Assembly (NCBI GenBank): GCA_964187785.1 | Contig: OZ076419.1 | Coordinates: 45,012,001-45,076,000, forward strand | Length of the DNA stretch: 64,000 bases | Source of the DNA: Amphiscolops sp. MND2022 | Taxonomy: Eukaryota | Direction: 5' to 3' | Shown: in pieces, positions 11,746-23,978 of the stretch | Layout: the number at the start of each line of letters is the position of its first letter | How positions within the stretch are numbered: position 1 is the stretch's first letter | Made by a program: the position numbers and the translations under genes | The notes under the pieces: generated by a model | Database searches by the model: none | What the model was told of the DNA's origin: nothing | What the model saw: the letters and a program-made list of their open reading frames with translations, nothing else

Positions 11746-12135
11746 ACTCAGAACGTCTTTTAATGAATTTATAACAAAATAGATGAAACTTGTTTGAACC
11801 AATTTTTTTCGAGTCTCGAAATTTCTTTAGGTATTTTGAATTTTTACAGGCTTCTTTTCAACCAATTACAAAGGAGTTTCTCAAAATTTTATCAAAATAT
11901 TTTTTGAATTTCGAATATAATTATAACAAAATTGTTGAAACATGTGTGAACCAATTATATTCGAGTGTCTCAAAACTTCTTCAGGTAATATTTTTGAATT
12001 CTTTACATGCTTCTTTTCAACCAATTACAAACGAGTTTCTCAGAAAATTATCAAAGTATATTCTGAATTTCGAATAAATTTATAACAAAATATTGAAAAT
12101 GTGTGAACCAATTATATTCGAGTGTCTCAAAGTTT
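11560..12135. repeat. Degenerate CCAATTA-N4-GAGTGTCTC minisatellite (A1 3' region joined to intron 1; also in intron 3 and in all A1 copies)
   Basis: For example AGCCAATCAAAACCGAGTGTCTCCGAATTT (11641), AACCAATTATATTCGAGTGTCTCAAAAC (478, 11950) and AGCCAATTACATTCGAGAGTGTCC (10560). Confidence 0.8.
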
Positions 12136-12262
12136 TTAGGTTGTTTTTTTTCTGATTTTCTACAGACTTCAATAGAATACAATAAGTTGTAAACTAGAAA
12201 CTATTTGTTACTATTGTAATTCATTCATGTATTTTCAAATTTGTATACCTCAACTCGTTTAG

Positions 12263-15200
12263 GCATGGTTGGATTCCTTGAGAAAGTGGAAGGCGAGCTC
12301 AGGCCTGAGCAGTGTTTCTCAGTCTTCGGCGGAAAAAGCGGAGACCGAATCATGCTCGGGCCCGCGAGTTTCAACAACCACTCGTGCGAGCCGAACGTGG
12401 AGTTTGTCTGTTCGGGTTCCAAGGCGAAGACCATCGTCAAAGTGAAAGCTCTTTATGCCCGGTCCGAAATTGCTCGTCAAGTAATCTGATGATTACTTCG
12501 TCGAGGGCAATGTCGACTGTTTGTCTCGGAAATGCAACAAGACGAGGATGACGGCGCAATTTCCCCAGAAGCCTTGGGTTACGAGCTGACTGCTGACTTG
12601 GTCGAAGAGTTAGCTGCTGCTTCAATTCCTGCTTTCCAAGAAGAAGAAGCGGATGCATTGAGTTCAATGCCGGAAAAGCAGCTGATGAATCAACAACCAG
12701 TCTTCCACGAGCTCAGGAGTGCGCCTGTTCTCCCGATGCGGACACAGAGTCATTGGAATCAGCAGTGCCGGAAGAAGTAATGTCAGTGCCGCAAGAAATG
12801 TCAGTGCAGCGATTGATGGAAATTTCGGCAGGGTTCGAAGCTGACGCCTTACCAAGTCTGCCAGTTTTCACCCACAATGCAAATGAACAACCAGGAAAAT
12901 CTGATGTGCCTCAAAATGCTCCTGCTGATACCGCAGTTCCGAAAGAAGCGAGCAAAATACTCACAGGAGAACGAGTGCAACAGTTGCCATGTGTCTGTTG
13001 TGCGAATTGATCGGCACTTGAAGCATGTGCACGGTGATCTCCTCACCGAAACCGAGCAGACTCTGATTAAGGACTTCCGCGATTCAAAGACAGTCAGGTT
13101 CTGCTCCAAGTGTTTGCGCCGTGTTGCTTCGGTGCCAACTCACAAATCGAGATGCCCTGGTCACCTGGAGAAGCTACCGGAGTTTCGAAGTGTGAAGTGA
13201 GTAGTCATCGGATTAACTTTTTAGCTCGAAAATATTTTTCATACTGCGTTATTAGAATTTCCTTAAATTTTTCATGATCGAAAAGATTTTTCATACTGCG
13301 TTATCAGAATTTCGTTAAATTTTTCCAGTTCGAAATTATTGATCATACTGCGTTATCAGAATTTCCTTACTTTTTCCTAGCTCGAAAGTTTTTTTTTCAT
13401 TCTGCGTTCTCAGAATTTCCTTAATCTTTCTCAAACCCGAAAATATTTTTCATACTGCGTTATCAGAATTTCGGTTAAGTTTTTCCAGTTCGAAAGTATT
13501 GATCATACTGCGTTATCTGAATTTCCTTAATTTTTCTCTAGCTCGAATTTTTTTTTTCGTTCTGCGTTATCAGAATTTCCTCCATCTTTTTCTAATTCGA
13601 AAATCTTTTTCATACTGCGTTATTAGAATTTCCTTAAATTTTTCATGATCGAAAATATTTTTCATACTGCGTTATCAGAATTCTTAAACTTCTAATTAAA
13701 ATTTTTTCCAGGTCTCTGCCACAGTCGCTAAGAAATAAGATGAAAGAGAGCCGCCTGGCCCGTAGAACGGACGTCGACCGTGCCGAAGAATACATTCAGC
13801 ACCAGAGGCAAGCGCTGGAAGCATGTACCGGAGATTCTGGCGAGGACCGCAGCCGGCCTTGGCTGAAAAACACGCTCGCGACGTTCTACGGGGAAACAAA
13901 CCACTTCCAGGAACCCCACAGACTACTCCAGGTGACGATGCTTCAGAAACGTCAGCGACTGGCCCCTCAAACTATCTTGACGTACCTGGCGTGCCTGAAG
14001 AAATTCGTCGACTATCTTGTGATCCGCGATAACATCGACGCTGCCCGGATCCAGGATGCCATGAACGAAGTGAAAGCAATCTACACAATCAGCACTGCTT
14101 GCAATAGCCGGAGGAAGGCTGACGAACGCTTCAAGCTGGTGCCCAGCCACAACATCGTGGTAGCACGCCACGAGCTAGTTCTGAAACATTGCAGGAAAAC
14201 GTTGAGGAAGAGAGTCCTTATTTGGAGGATAAGGCCCTCAATTACTTCCTTCTGCAGGCGCGGCTGAACTGCAGAAATCAGCCAATTATGAACTTGACTT
14301 GGGAAATGCTCGAGGGAATCCAGCGAAACGGGTCGGTTTTGACGAGCAGACACAAAACCGGCCAATATTACGACGTCGCCCTCCGTGTGGAGCAGCCTGA
14401 CCAGATCCCCCTCCTGTACCATTTGAAAAAGACGTACCGACGAGAGTTCCAAGCTGTTCCGGTGCTGAGCTTTTATACTCAGAAGGGTACAGCGGATAGA
14501 AGTATGGCTCGCGAGATCTCCGAAGTCTTCGCAGCGAAGTTCGGCGATAGAGCCACTGACATCCGCTTCAACTCCAACTCAATGAGAAAGTAAAGGAGGG
14601 GAGAATGCAGCAGCTGAGGCAGAACGAGGAAATTGCTGCTGATTTCATGACCGAGCATCTGCACCAGACTGGACATACACAGCAAACAGCCGAGAAATAC
14701 TACATGTCAGCCAATATTGCCAACAGAAATCGATTGCTGGATCACCTCGTCAACGATCTTCGCGCGGTCCCCAAAGAAGGCGAGGTGTCAGAACCAGTAA
14801 ATGTAATTGTCCCGGTTGATTCAACTGCCTCAACAATCGAAAATGCGACTCCATTAGCAGTGAGAGAAGCGAGGCAGAAAGAAATTGAGCGCGCGGAACG
14901 GGGTTAGTAGAACAGTGTCTCAGAATGTTTTCAAGTTTTTTTTTCTAAGTTATCTCTAGTGGTGTGTGTCAGCCAATTACATTCGAGAGTTTCCGGATTT
15001 CTTCAAAGAGTTTTTCATGGTTTTCTCTAGCGTTTCGTGTCAACCAATTACAATTGAGAGTCTCCGAATTTCTTTAGAAGTATTTTTCATGATTTCTCAA
15101 GCGTTTTGACTCCAAAGTTTTTTTTCTGTTTTAATAGGGAAGACACGGCGGCAGCTGGCTCAACGACCAACAACTGAAGAGGAACCGGGTCGGGAAAGGA

Positions 15201-15719
15201 GAGGGCAAGACGTTAGGATTACAGGGCTGGGGGGCATCACAGACTTTTCAGTCAGGGTTGGGGGGTGTTCCACAGGTAGGAGAGGGTCAAGTGGCAGAGG
15301 AAACTCCGTGGTTGCGAGACGACAGTTTGATGATGACAAGCAACGTCATGGAGTCCACCACGAGGGATGATGAAATTGAGGACCAAGGGTCACAGCCATC
15401 TGGGAAGCGGAAACGACCAATGGCAGGAGGTGTAGTTTTCAATGACGGTCAACGAGTCCGTGACGTTCGACTAGAAGAACCGCCCCCCTCACGCAGTCCC
15501 CAAAGAGAACGATTCATCAAGAGTTTGCTGGCGTTCAAGGGCGTCGAAACTCGACCGGCATGGACAGAGGCGCTGTCCATTTTTTCGACATCAAAACGAA
15601 TGTGACGAAGAAAGTTGTTGAACGTATGTTGTGACGCCGGCCATTTTTTAGAGGCAAAGGAAGTCGCGACAATTTACAACAGTCAAATCTTCGTTCAACA
15701 ACCAAATGAAATGATTTGA
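12263..15719 (+). pseudogene. A1 gene copy 3 (exon 2 12263-13196; exon 3 13712-14902; exon 4 15138-15719); begins inside intron 1 at a junction near 11746
   Basis: High identity to copy 2. Deletions in the SET exon. YR motifs NCRNQP, HKTG, NSMRK, GHTQQTAEKYY. Confidence 0.85.
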
Positions 15720-17445
15720 ATTTGATCTGGAGGACCAAACAGTTACTTTCATCCACGTTTTGCAGTTACAACATTTAGTCTTATAGATAATCAGATTTTT
15801 TTTATCGAGTGGTTCCTCTAGATACTATTCATTTTTTTCTGTGGCCATTTCTGTACCGAAGACACTCAACTGCAGTCGAACCACCTGAAACACCGGAGAA
15901 TAGTGGAGACTGCTGCCTGGCGGAATGAATTCTGAGCCTTAGGTTGTTCTAGGATATCGAAAATTCTGAACTTTTCGCACGCTTCTTTTCAACCACTTAC
16001 ATTTGAGTATCTCAGAAATTCAATTTTTCGAATTTTCTGCACGTTTCCTCTTCAGCCAATTAAAACTGAGTGTCTGCGAATTTCATCAAAATATTCTGTT
16101 TCAAAATAATATGCACGTTTCCTCTGAGCCAATCAAAACCGAGTGTCTCCGAATTTCATCAAAGAATTTTTTTCTAAAATATATGCAAGTTTCCTCTAAG
16201 CCAATGAAAACTGAGTGTCACCGAATTTCACCAAAGTATATTTTCAATCAATCCCCCCCAAACATATCATTTCCTTTATTCATCCCACAAAAGGTAGTTA
16301 TATCACTTTTTAACTCATGATCATGCAACTTCTACACCTTTTGCTAATTGGAAAAAATATATTCAAGCGCAATTCGAATTGGAAGCGCCTCAAGTTGCTA
16401 AAACTTAAGGTAATTGAATGCGGTTGAGTGGAAATGGGATGGTGTCATAGGTTTAGTGTTAATTAAAGGCACCGTTCAGGGGTCAAGTGAAATTATCACT
16501 GAGTTAAAAGTAACGACGAATTAATTGTAGTATATTATAGCTACCTGCTACTGAAACTTATTGCTGATACTGGGGGTAAAAACTAAAATTTTTGCCCTTA
16601 CTGTCGGGCGGATTAGTAGAATTGATGGTTTTTTTTCAACCCTTTCCTCCACTCGCTGTTCAAATATTTGATCCATCGAATAAAATGAATAATTTGTTCC
16701 CGGAACTTCCTCTTGGCAATTGAATGTTTAAGGCCTTAGACATTTTTTATTCCGAATTTCTTCAGTGGAAATTATTGAAAGCTCGTCTTTTGTTATCCTT
16801 GCCCCAACAAGCATGTTTGGAATACCACTAATTTACCGTATTGCTTACATTAATCAAAATAGCATATCGTTTCATTTAATCTTTCGACAGAAAGTAATTT
16901 CATCACTATTTTACTCCTGATCATGCAACTTCTACACCTATTGCTAATTGGAAAGTAATTATATCTAAACGCATTTCGAATTAAAATTGACTCAAGCTGC
17001 TGAAATTTGAGGTAATTGAATGCGGTTGAGAGGAAATGGGATGGTGTTGTAGGTTAAGTGTTAGTTAATGGCACCCTTTTAATCGGGAACTGTCAATGAA
17101 ATTTGCGTCCTTTCGTAGGTGCCAAACCTCAAGCTCAGGATCCTTCAATAGCAAAATCAATAAACCATTTCGCCATCTCCAAGCTAGTACGCTCAACTCA
17201 ACTCAACTGAATTACTTTTCAAACTTTTCGATCTACTTCAAAACAGCAACCTTCATTCAACCATACTTCTTCAATTTCAATTTAATTTAAAACTTTTTGC
17301 GATCTCCAAGATAGTGTGCTCAACACAACTACTTTTCAAACTTTCCCATCGGTTTCAAAACAGCAACGTTCTCTTCGATTTCAATTTCAATTCAATTCAA
17401 TTTCAATTTCGATTCAGCAACCTACTTTCTATTTCAATTTAAAAA

Positions 17446-17951
17446 ATGGCCTCTTCAAATTAGTCAAAATGCAACTTGTTGGGAGCAAGGGACGCTGAAG
17501 TTACAAAGCAACTAATCGACAATGACAAAACACACAAATTCTATATCGCCAGCGATTTTAAAGAAGCGATTAGGCAGAGAAGGGTGCTCTGAAGCTATAC
17601 AATGAAATCTTTCAGAGCTACGTGCTGAGTTTGCAAAAAGTGGAGATCCGGGCGGAAGACGTAAACTACCCAGCCCGTGCAAAGAGCAGTGTGGACCACA
17701 TGGAACTCCCTTCTTGGTGCAGTAATTGTTCTCATATTGATGCTAGTTATAAATGTAGTTGTCAAGTTCTACCTAAAGGCAGATTTCTTGACCATTCAAG
17801 TAACCAAGCAACTATCAAACCTATGTGCTGTAAAAAAGTGTGGTGTTTGTTCCCTCTTTTCCGGTTTTTTTTTGCCTTCCGGCATGTAAAGAAGGGGAGG
17901 AACTTTTTTTCAGTACTCCCCATTGGGTGTTTATTGTGTTCTTGTATTTAG
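17446..17951 (+). pseudogene. A1 exon 1 (17446-17672) fused to an unrelated Cys-rich ORF fragment; repeated at 30524-30966 and 35009-35451
   Basis: ...LQKVEIRAEDVNYP switches in frame to ARAKSSVDHMELPSWCSNCSH...CSCQ...CCKKVWC. Exon 1 here carries an early TAG and a 2-nt insertion. Confidence 0.7.
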
Positions 17952-18022
17952 TGAGGTTGTAATATAGTATATCTTTAAAATTACTATTAAAGTTTAATCC
18001 TCCTTATAGTTATACATTGTAG

Positions 18023-18113
18023 TTCATCGGATGAGCGGGCATTAGACAGAGACAAACGTAAACTCATCGTAAATCCATCAGCGGATTTCGCTAATGTCCG
18101 ATCATCCGATGAA
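18023..18113. other. 23-bp-stem hairpin (copies at 31097-31187 and 35582-35672)
   Basis: TTCATCGGATGAGCGGGCATTAG pairs with CTAATGTCCGATCATCCGATGAA, with one mismatch and one G-T pair. Confidence 0.85.
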
Positions 18114-18456
18114 TTGGTGTTAATTATTAACACTCGTGGCCGAATGCCTCAGAAAGGCATTAACACTTCAACTTAAAGCTCACTCAAATGAACTCACTGT
18201 GAAGGTTGACCTACTAATAGACTTATTCTAATTTCTCCGGATCAACCTAATTGATCACTGTCTCTCCAATCTTACTGCTTTGCATTTCTAACATAAACAT
18301 TGAAAAACAAATTTCAGAAACAAACTTTAGGAACATACTTACAAATTTAGAAAATTTTTGGAAACACTGCTCGTCTTCAAGTTACTCTGCATTTCGTCTT
18401 ATCTGGACAATGTTTTCTGAACTGCAGAATCCCATGATTGTATCTGACCACACGAG

Positions 18457-21400
18457 TTTGTGGCACTACTTTGAACGTATGATTTTAACATGGTTTCATG
18501 GTTTTACTCGTACAAGTAATACTCGTAACTCATGTTTAGGTTATTAGTCATACTCGTACATGGTTTTGCGGGGGTCACGGAATACTACGAACATGTTTCA
18601 CGATTTGATACTTCATCGTTAATTCTTTTGTTGTGCTGGAACCAGAAAAGGATGTTCGAATCAATCTGGAGTACAACCTGACAATGCCAGAGATCCTTGG
18701 AAGACATGGCTGGCTGTATAACGAAACGAAAGCCCTACATGATGAAGGAGCTATTCTGAGCTGCTCAGGTGATTCGCCATTCCAACTGAGAAAGTTGAAG
18801 GGATTCAGCACTGACGAGTCATGTCGTTCCAAAATGTGTCCCTGACTCGATGTGTGTCCAACATGAATAGAGCGGGTTCAAAGCAACAGACCCAAACACC
18901 AGGTATTGCATACAAAAAATTAGAATCAAAGGGAGTGATCCTCCCATCTAGAAAGAACAATTGACAACGAATTCAACGAGGAAATACCAAAAGAATCCCT
19001 TTTGTTTTGAAAATCAACGTTCAATACCTGCCCGGATGTTCTTCAAATGGTTTTTCGTTCGGTAGAGAGTGACCTCAAGTTACATGTTGACGCACGGCTA
19101 TTATTAAAAGATGCATGCAAATGCAATTTCAACACTTGAGTGCAATATAACTGACTGAAATGTCAAGTCTCCCCGATTCAAATTTGAGGTTGTTGACAAG
19201 CTTTGCAAAACCGTGTCACTGAGTTTCAGAGACGCCGAAGTCATATTATCTGACTGCACAAGGACGAGTGAATACGGACGGACGGACCAACCACTCTTTG
19301 AAGGAGTCTACTCTAGGAAACCCCCTACGTTTATGAAACAGATCAAACGGGGTCAACCACTCCTGACAATTTGCTTATATCATTTGTAGAAGACTGGAGA
19401 AAAATCATTCTCGAAAGGGATTGGGTTTTCAGTGAGGACACTAGCAGACCTTCAGTTTCAGTCCTTACCCCATTTACCTAAATTACTTCAGCAACAGGAA
19501 CTATCTCAGGCTGGCCACCAGAGATGTGAAAACATATATGAAACGTTCTACCAATGTACTGTGTGCCTCTTTGGAGACCGTGGTTTGACACTTTACAAAC
19601 TCAAACTCGACATGTTTCTTAGGTCGAAAAGCGTGAAATACTGCCCCATTTCTTTTACATGACAGAAGGTACTGAAAAGAGTCACCATACGGCAACGAGG
19701 ACTTTATCTCGAAAACAATGAGAGACGGTGGAAATAAGGCTTGGAATATGTCCTCAAATCATTTAGACATTCAGATTTTGTTTCTTCGGGCCATCACTTT
19801 ATGTTCATCAAAGGCAGCAATGGTTGGTCGATATCGGAACATGAATGAAAATGTCAAATCGTACCTCGAGATGTGTCGAGAGCCTACTCCAGAGCCGGTA
19901 CCTGATAATCAAAGAACTGATGACAATTTTGTTGTTCTGGGGTCTTATGGCCACATAAAAGAAACACAAAGCAGCATCGAACGGAAGATCAGAGAAAATG
20001 GTGGCACCATTCTCAACAACAGACATCGTGAGCCGAAGCAAGTTGAGTTTTATAAGTCACCAATACTGTCTTCTACCTAATCGGAAAGTCATCGATACCT
20101 TCATTGGAAGCCCACTGACCAAAGGAACAGCAACAACAAATGCGTTTTTTCTCACGACATAGGGCAATTGGACCTACATAAGCGCAGATTTCAACCTGGT
20201 GTGTTTGAAGAAGTCACTTATGGACCCCAAAATTTATATGTTCAATGTCGATGTATCCGCGAGGATTATGTTCAGAAGATTCGGTACCAGTAAATTGCCT
20301 CCCAATGGCAACGTCAATCACTGCCCATGACATCTGCCAGTGGCTTGATTACCTACAACACAGCGTTGCTGAAATACAAGAATGCACTAAAGGGACATTT
20401 GTTGAAAGGAAGATCAATTGTGTCGATTGATGTCAAAATTATTCGTAAAATTTCAAAAAATGCAAATCAGCCCAGTCGTTTTTTAGGCCTATTGAGAGTT
20501 CTAGAGCTGATTCGTCAGGATCAAAAAAGCGTGGACCCCATTGCGTGATATGATTTAAATTGTTGTGTTTTCCTTTTTCCTTGCCATCCAGTGTTTAGGA
20601 TTATGTGATTAGGCTAGGTAGGTCAGAACAAAAAAAGAGTGGATTACCTGTATATTCAGCATCTGAAACTAATAATTCGTAAACTTTGCCTCGTGATGAC
20701 TAGGATGGAAGTGTTCCTCTTGTTGGGCCCACAAAAACTCCAAACAAAAAATTGAAATGGGTTGAGAACCACCAAAAACAGCAAAAAAGAGATGGTGCAA
20801 GTGTAATTTCACGCATCTAGCTAGCAGTTTGTAGGCTCCGCCTCGTGTTTGGTTTAGCTGGATGTGTTTTTCTCGTAGGCTCACGAAAAACCAAAAAAAA
20901 ACTTTGTTGAAAAGTTAAATGGTTTGACAAAAGGCCGATACAAGGCAACTCTCAAAAAATTTGTCCTGTTTGAATGACTTTTCACTCAGTCAAAACACTG
21001 TCCAAGAAGAAAAATTCATTAGTGCATAGTATTCTCCATTTGTTTCTGTTCGGAAATGATAGGGAAGACATCCAAGTGAGGTGCAATGTCTTCTTACCTT
21101 GAGCAATCCACAGGATCTCATTGTCAAAATTCGCCAACTTATAAAATGTCCCTTTATCAAGTCAATAATCCTTCCATCGAGACTAGAATTTGAAACGATC
21201 AATTCCACGTTGAACAGGGATTTTCGATCAATCCTTGAGCCATCAAGAACGCCAAATGGATTTCGTGTCAGTTTTGTGAAGTTCTTCAAGTTCGTTGCGT
21301 CCAATGTCTACAACAAGATTGCTTCATTCGGGTTGAGAGTTTACATTTATGGAGATGCAATGTCTCGAAGAAAACGGGATGTTGTAAGAATGGCAGTCCG

Positions 21401-21988
21401 AATCTTAGACAGTGGAATCACTCAGAACAATCAACGACACAATTTTTCACGTTCGCTGTTTTTGAGGAGAGTTCAATTTGACAATTAGAATTTGCCATGT
21501 GTCATCATAGATGTGTGATGCCATTGTGTGTTTAAAGAAGCCCCCTATGGAATTATTCTAAACATTAGAGTTGGCCCTTGTGGTACTTATTTGTGGCACT
21601 AATTTGAAAGTATGATTTTAACATGGTTTTACTCGTACAAGTATTACTCGTAACTCATGTTTAGGTTATTAGTCATACTCGTACATGGTTTTGATGTGTG
21701 ATGCCATTGTGTGTTTAAAGAAGCCCCCTATGGAATTATTCTAAACATTAGAGTTGGCCCTTGTGGTACTTATTTGTGGCACTAATTTGAAAGTATGATT
21801 TTAACATGGTTTTACTCGTACAAGTATTACTCGTAACTCATGTTTAGGTTATAAGTCATACTCGTACATGGTTTTGCGGGGGTCACGGAATACTACGAAC
21901 AAGTTTCACGATTTGATACTTCATCGTTAATTCTTTTGTTGTGTTGGAACAGGGAAAGGATGTTCGAATCAATCTTGAGTACAACCTG
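18457..21988 (+). pseudogene. Degenerate RAG1/Transib-like DDE transposase with C-terminal BRCT, copy 1; C-terminal part about 18633-20548, N-terminal part about 20640-21488; flanked by ~220-bp direct repeats
   Basis: Motifs across frameshifts: LPSR..LN..TPNGFRVS, IYGDA (D1), SCSGDSP (D2) followed by Cys residues, CPDVLQMVFR (PDxLH-like), SLSFRDAEVIL, LTLY, MTEGTEKSH (E). BRCT-like FVVLGSYG...IERKIRENGGTIL...ISADFNLVCLKK...PKIY. Confidence 0.6.
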
Positions 21989-22387
21989 TACTTCAAGCTA
22001 TTCGACTTCACAGAACCAACTTTGCTTCTGCGGTCAACTACGTTGAATCTGAATTTTGCTGAAATTCCCAATCACTTTGATCTTAGTTTCTCAATTCAAA
22101 CTTCAATTGATTAAAATGCCCCGTCAACTGAGAGGAACAGCACTTGAAATTTCCCGGATAGCCACAAAGAACACTCCGAAGCCATCCAAACAAGGTTGTT
22201 GAATAAAACACAAACAATTGAGAAAAAAAAACAATTTTCTTCTTTCGGAAGAAACTCTTTGAAATGAATGACTTTTATGCTTTGCATTCCTTTGCTGAAA
22301 CTTGCAGAACGAAACGTTTGTCAAAAAATAAAAATTCGTTGTGAATAACTGTGATTTCCACGGTAGTTTTTCCGTAAGGGAAAAACT

Positions 22388-22938
22388 GTGCAGAACAATG
22401 AACAATATTTATCAATGACCTGTTCAAATTTTTGGGTGAAAAAAACAATATTTACCATTTTTGTACAAGAAACAGTGATGCCCCAAAGTCAATCTAAGAG
22501 GTTGAGAAAGGAAAAAGTTACAGAGCCACTCCCAATCTTTTCTTCGACATTTGTGGAAGAGTCAGAAACTGCAGACTGTCGAAGATAATCTAAGAGGTTG
22601 AGAAAAGAAAAAATTAGAGCCACTCCCAATCTTAACTTCGACTTTTGTGGAAGAGACAGAAAAAGTTAGAGAGCCAATAATTACCTACCGAAGACAAGCT
22701 AAGATGACCAAACTTCGCCCAGGTTTTGGCGTTAGAAAAACCACCAGTAGTTCACTGCATTAGGTATGCAAGCACTGAAGCTGTCGCTTTCATGGACTAC
22801 CCGTTTGACGTGGAAACGATTTCTAATTACAACGAGCAGTGTAAGAGGGCAACAGTGAGCGTGGTTCAAAATGGATTCCACAAAGCGGAGGAAACCAATA
22901 AGGTAAATATTGGTAAAAACAAAGACTTGAACTTCTAA
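22388..22938 (+). other. Unassigned ORF fragments with an internal ~95-bp repeat (second copy 39760-40308)
   Basis: ORFs 22388-22588 and 22726-22938 are kept in both copies, and TCTAAGAGGTTGAGAAAGGAAAAAGTT is repeated. No family recognised. Confidence 0.3.
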
Positions 22939-23042
22939 ACGGTTTGTATATTTTCATCGACTTTAAAATGGCATCTAAACGTTCACTTCGAAAGATAAAA
23001 ATGACGTCTGATTGTGCACTTTGCACCAACAATTTGCTTTGG

Positions 23043-23978
23043 GACAACACACAAATTCTATATCGCAAGCGATTTTAAAGAAGCGATTAGGCAGAAGGGT
23101 GCTCTGAAGCTATACAATGAAATCTTTCAGAGCTACGTGCTGAGTTTGCAAAAAGTGGAGATCCGGGCGGAAGACGTGAACTACCCACCCGATCTTTCGG
23201 ACAGCTTCGCAGTTTACGTGCCCAAAGAAGCAGAGGGACCGCTGCCTGAAGGCTTCATCATTGATGGTTAATATTAGAGTTTCTTGCAAAAAGTACTCAG
23301 AATGTCTTTCAATGAATTTATAACAAAATAGTTGAAACTTGTTTGAAACATTTTTTTCGAGTCTCGAAATTTCTTTAGGTATTTTGAATTTTTACAGGCT
23401 TCTTTTCAACCAATTACAAAGGAGTTTCTCAAAACTTTATCAAAATATTTTTTGAATTTCGAATATAATTATAACAAAATTGTTGAAACATGTGTGAACC
23501 AATTATATTCGAGTGTCTCAAAACTTCTTCAGGTAATATTTTTGAATTCTTTACATGCTTCTTTTCAACCAATTACAAACGAGTTTCTCAGAAAATTATC
23601 AAAGTATATTCTGAGTTTCGAATAAATTTATAACAAAATATTGAAAATGTGTGAACCAATTATATTCAAGTGTCTCAAAGTTTTTAGGTTGTTTTTTTCT
23701 GATTTTCTACAGACTTCAATAGAATACAATAAGTCGTAAACTAGAAACTATTTGTTACTATTGTAATTCATTCATGTATTTTCAAATTTGTATACCTCAA
23801 CTCGTTTAGGCATGGTTGGATTCCTTGAGAAAGTGGAAGGTGAGCTCAGGCCTGAGCAGTGTTTCTCAGTCTTCGGCGGAAAAAGCGGAGACCGAATCAT
23901 GCTCGGGCCCGCGAGTTTCAACAACCACTCGTGCGAGCCGAGCGTGGAATTTCGTCGGTTCGGGTTCCAAGGCGAAGG
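23043..23978 (+). pseudogene. A1 fragment: exon 1 3' part (to 23266), intron 1 (23267-23809), start of SET exon 2
   Basis: THKFYIASDF...FIIDG|GTTAAT, then TTTAG|GC ATG GTT. Breaks at about 23978 back into upstream-region sequence. Confidence 0.8.

Noticed and set aside
11516-12077. Phe/Ile/Lys-rich ORFs in AT-rich regions (also 16003, 24867, 29082, 30173, 33566, 49005)
   Set aside because: They are translations of minisatellite, intron or MITE sequence with low-complexity composition.
14081-14685. Recurrent minus-strand ORFs opposite the SET, YR and RAG1-like regions
   Set aside because: These are antisense shadows of the plus-strand coding sequence, repeated only because the DNA is duplicated. 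No recognisable motifs.
20548-20700. RSS heptamer/nonamer or joined TIRs for the RAG1-like gene
   Set aside because: No CACAGTG heptamer, nonamer or clear inverted repeat was found at the expected junction.
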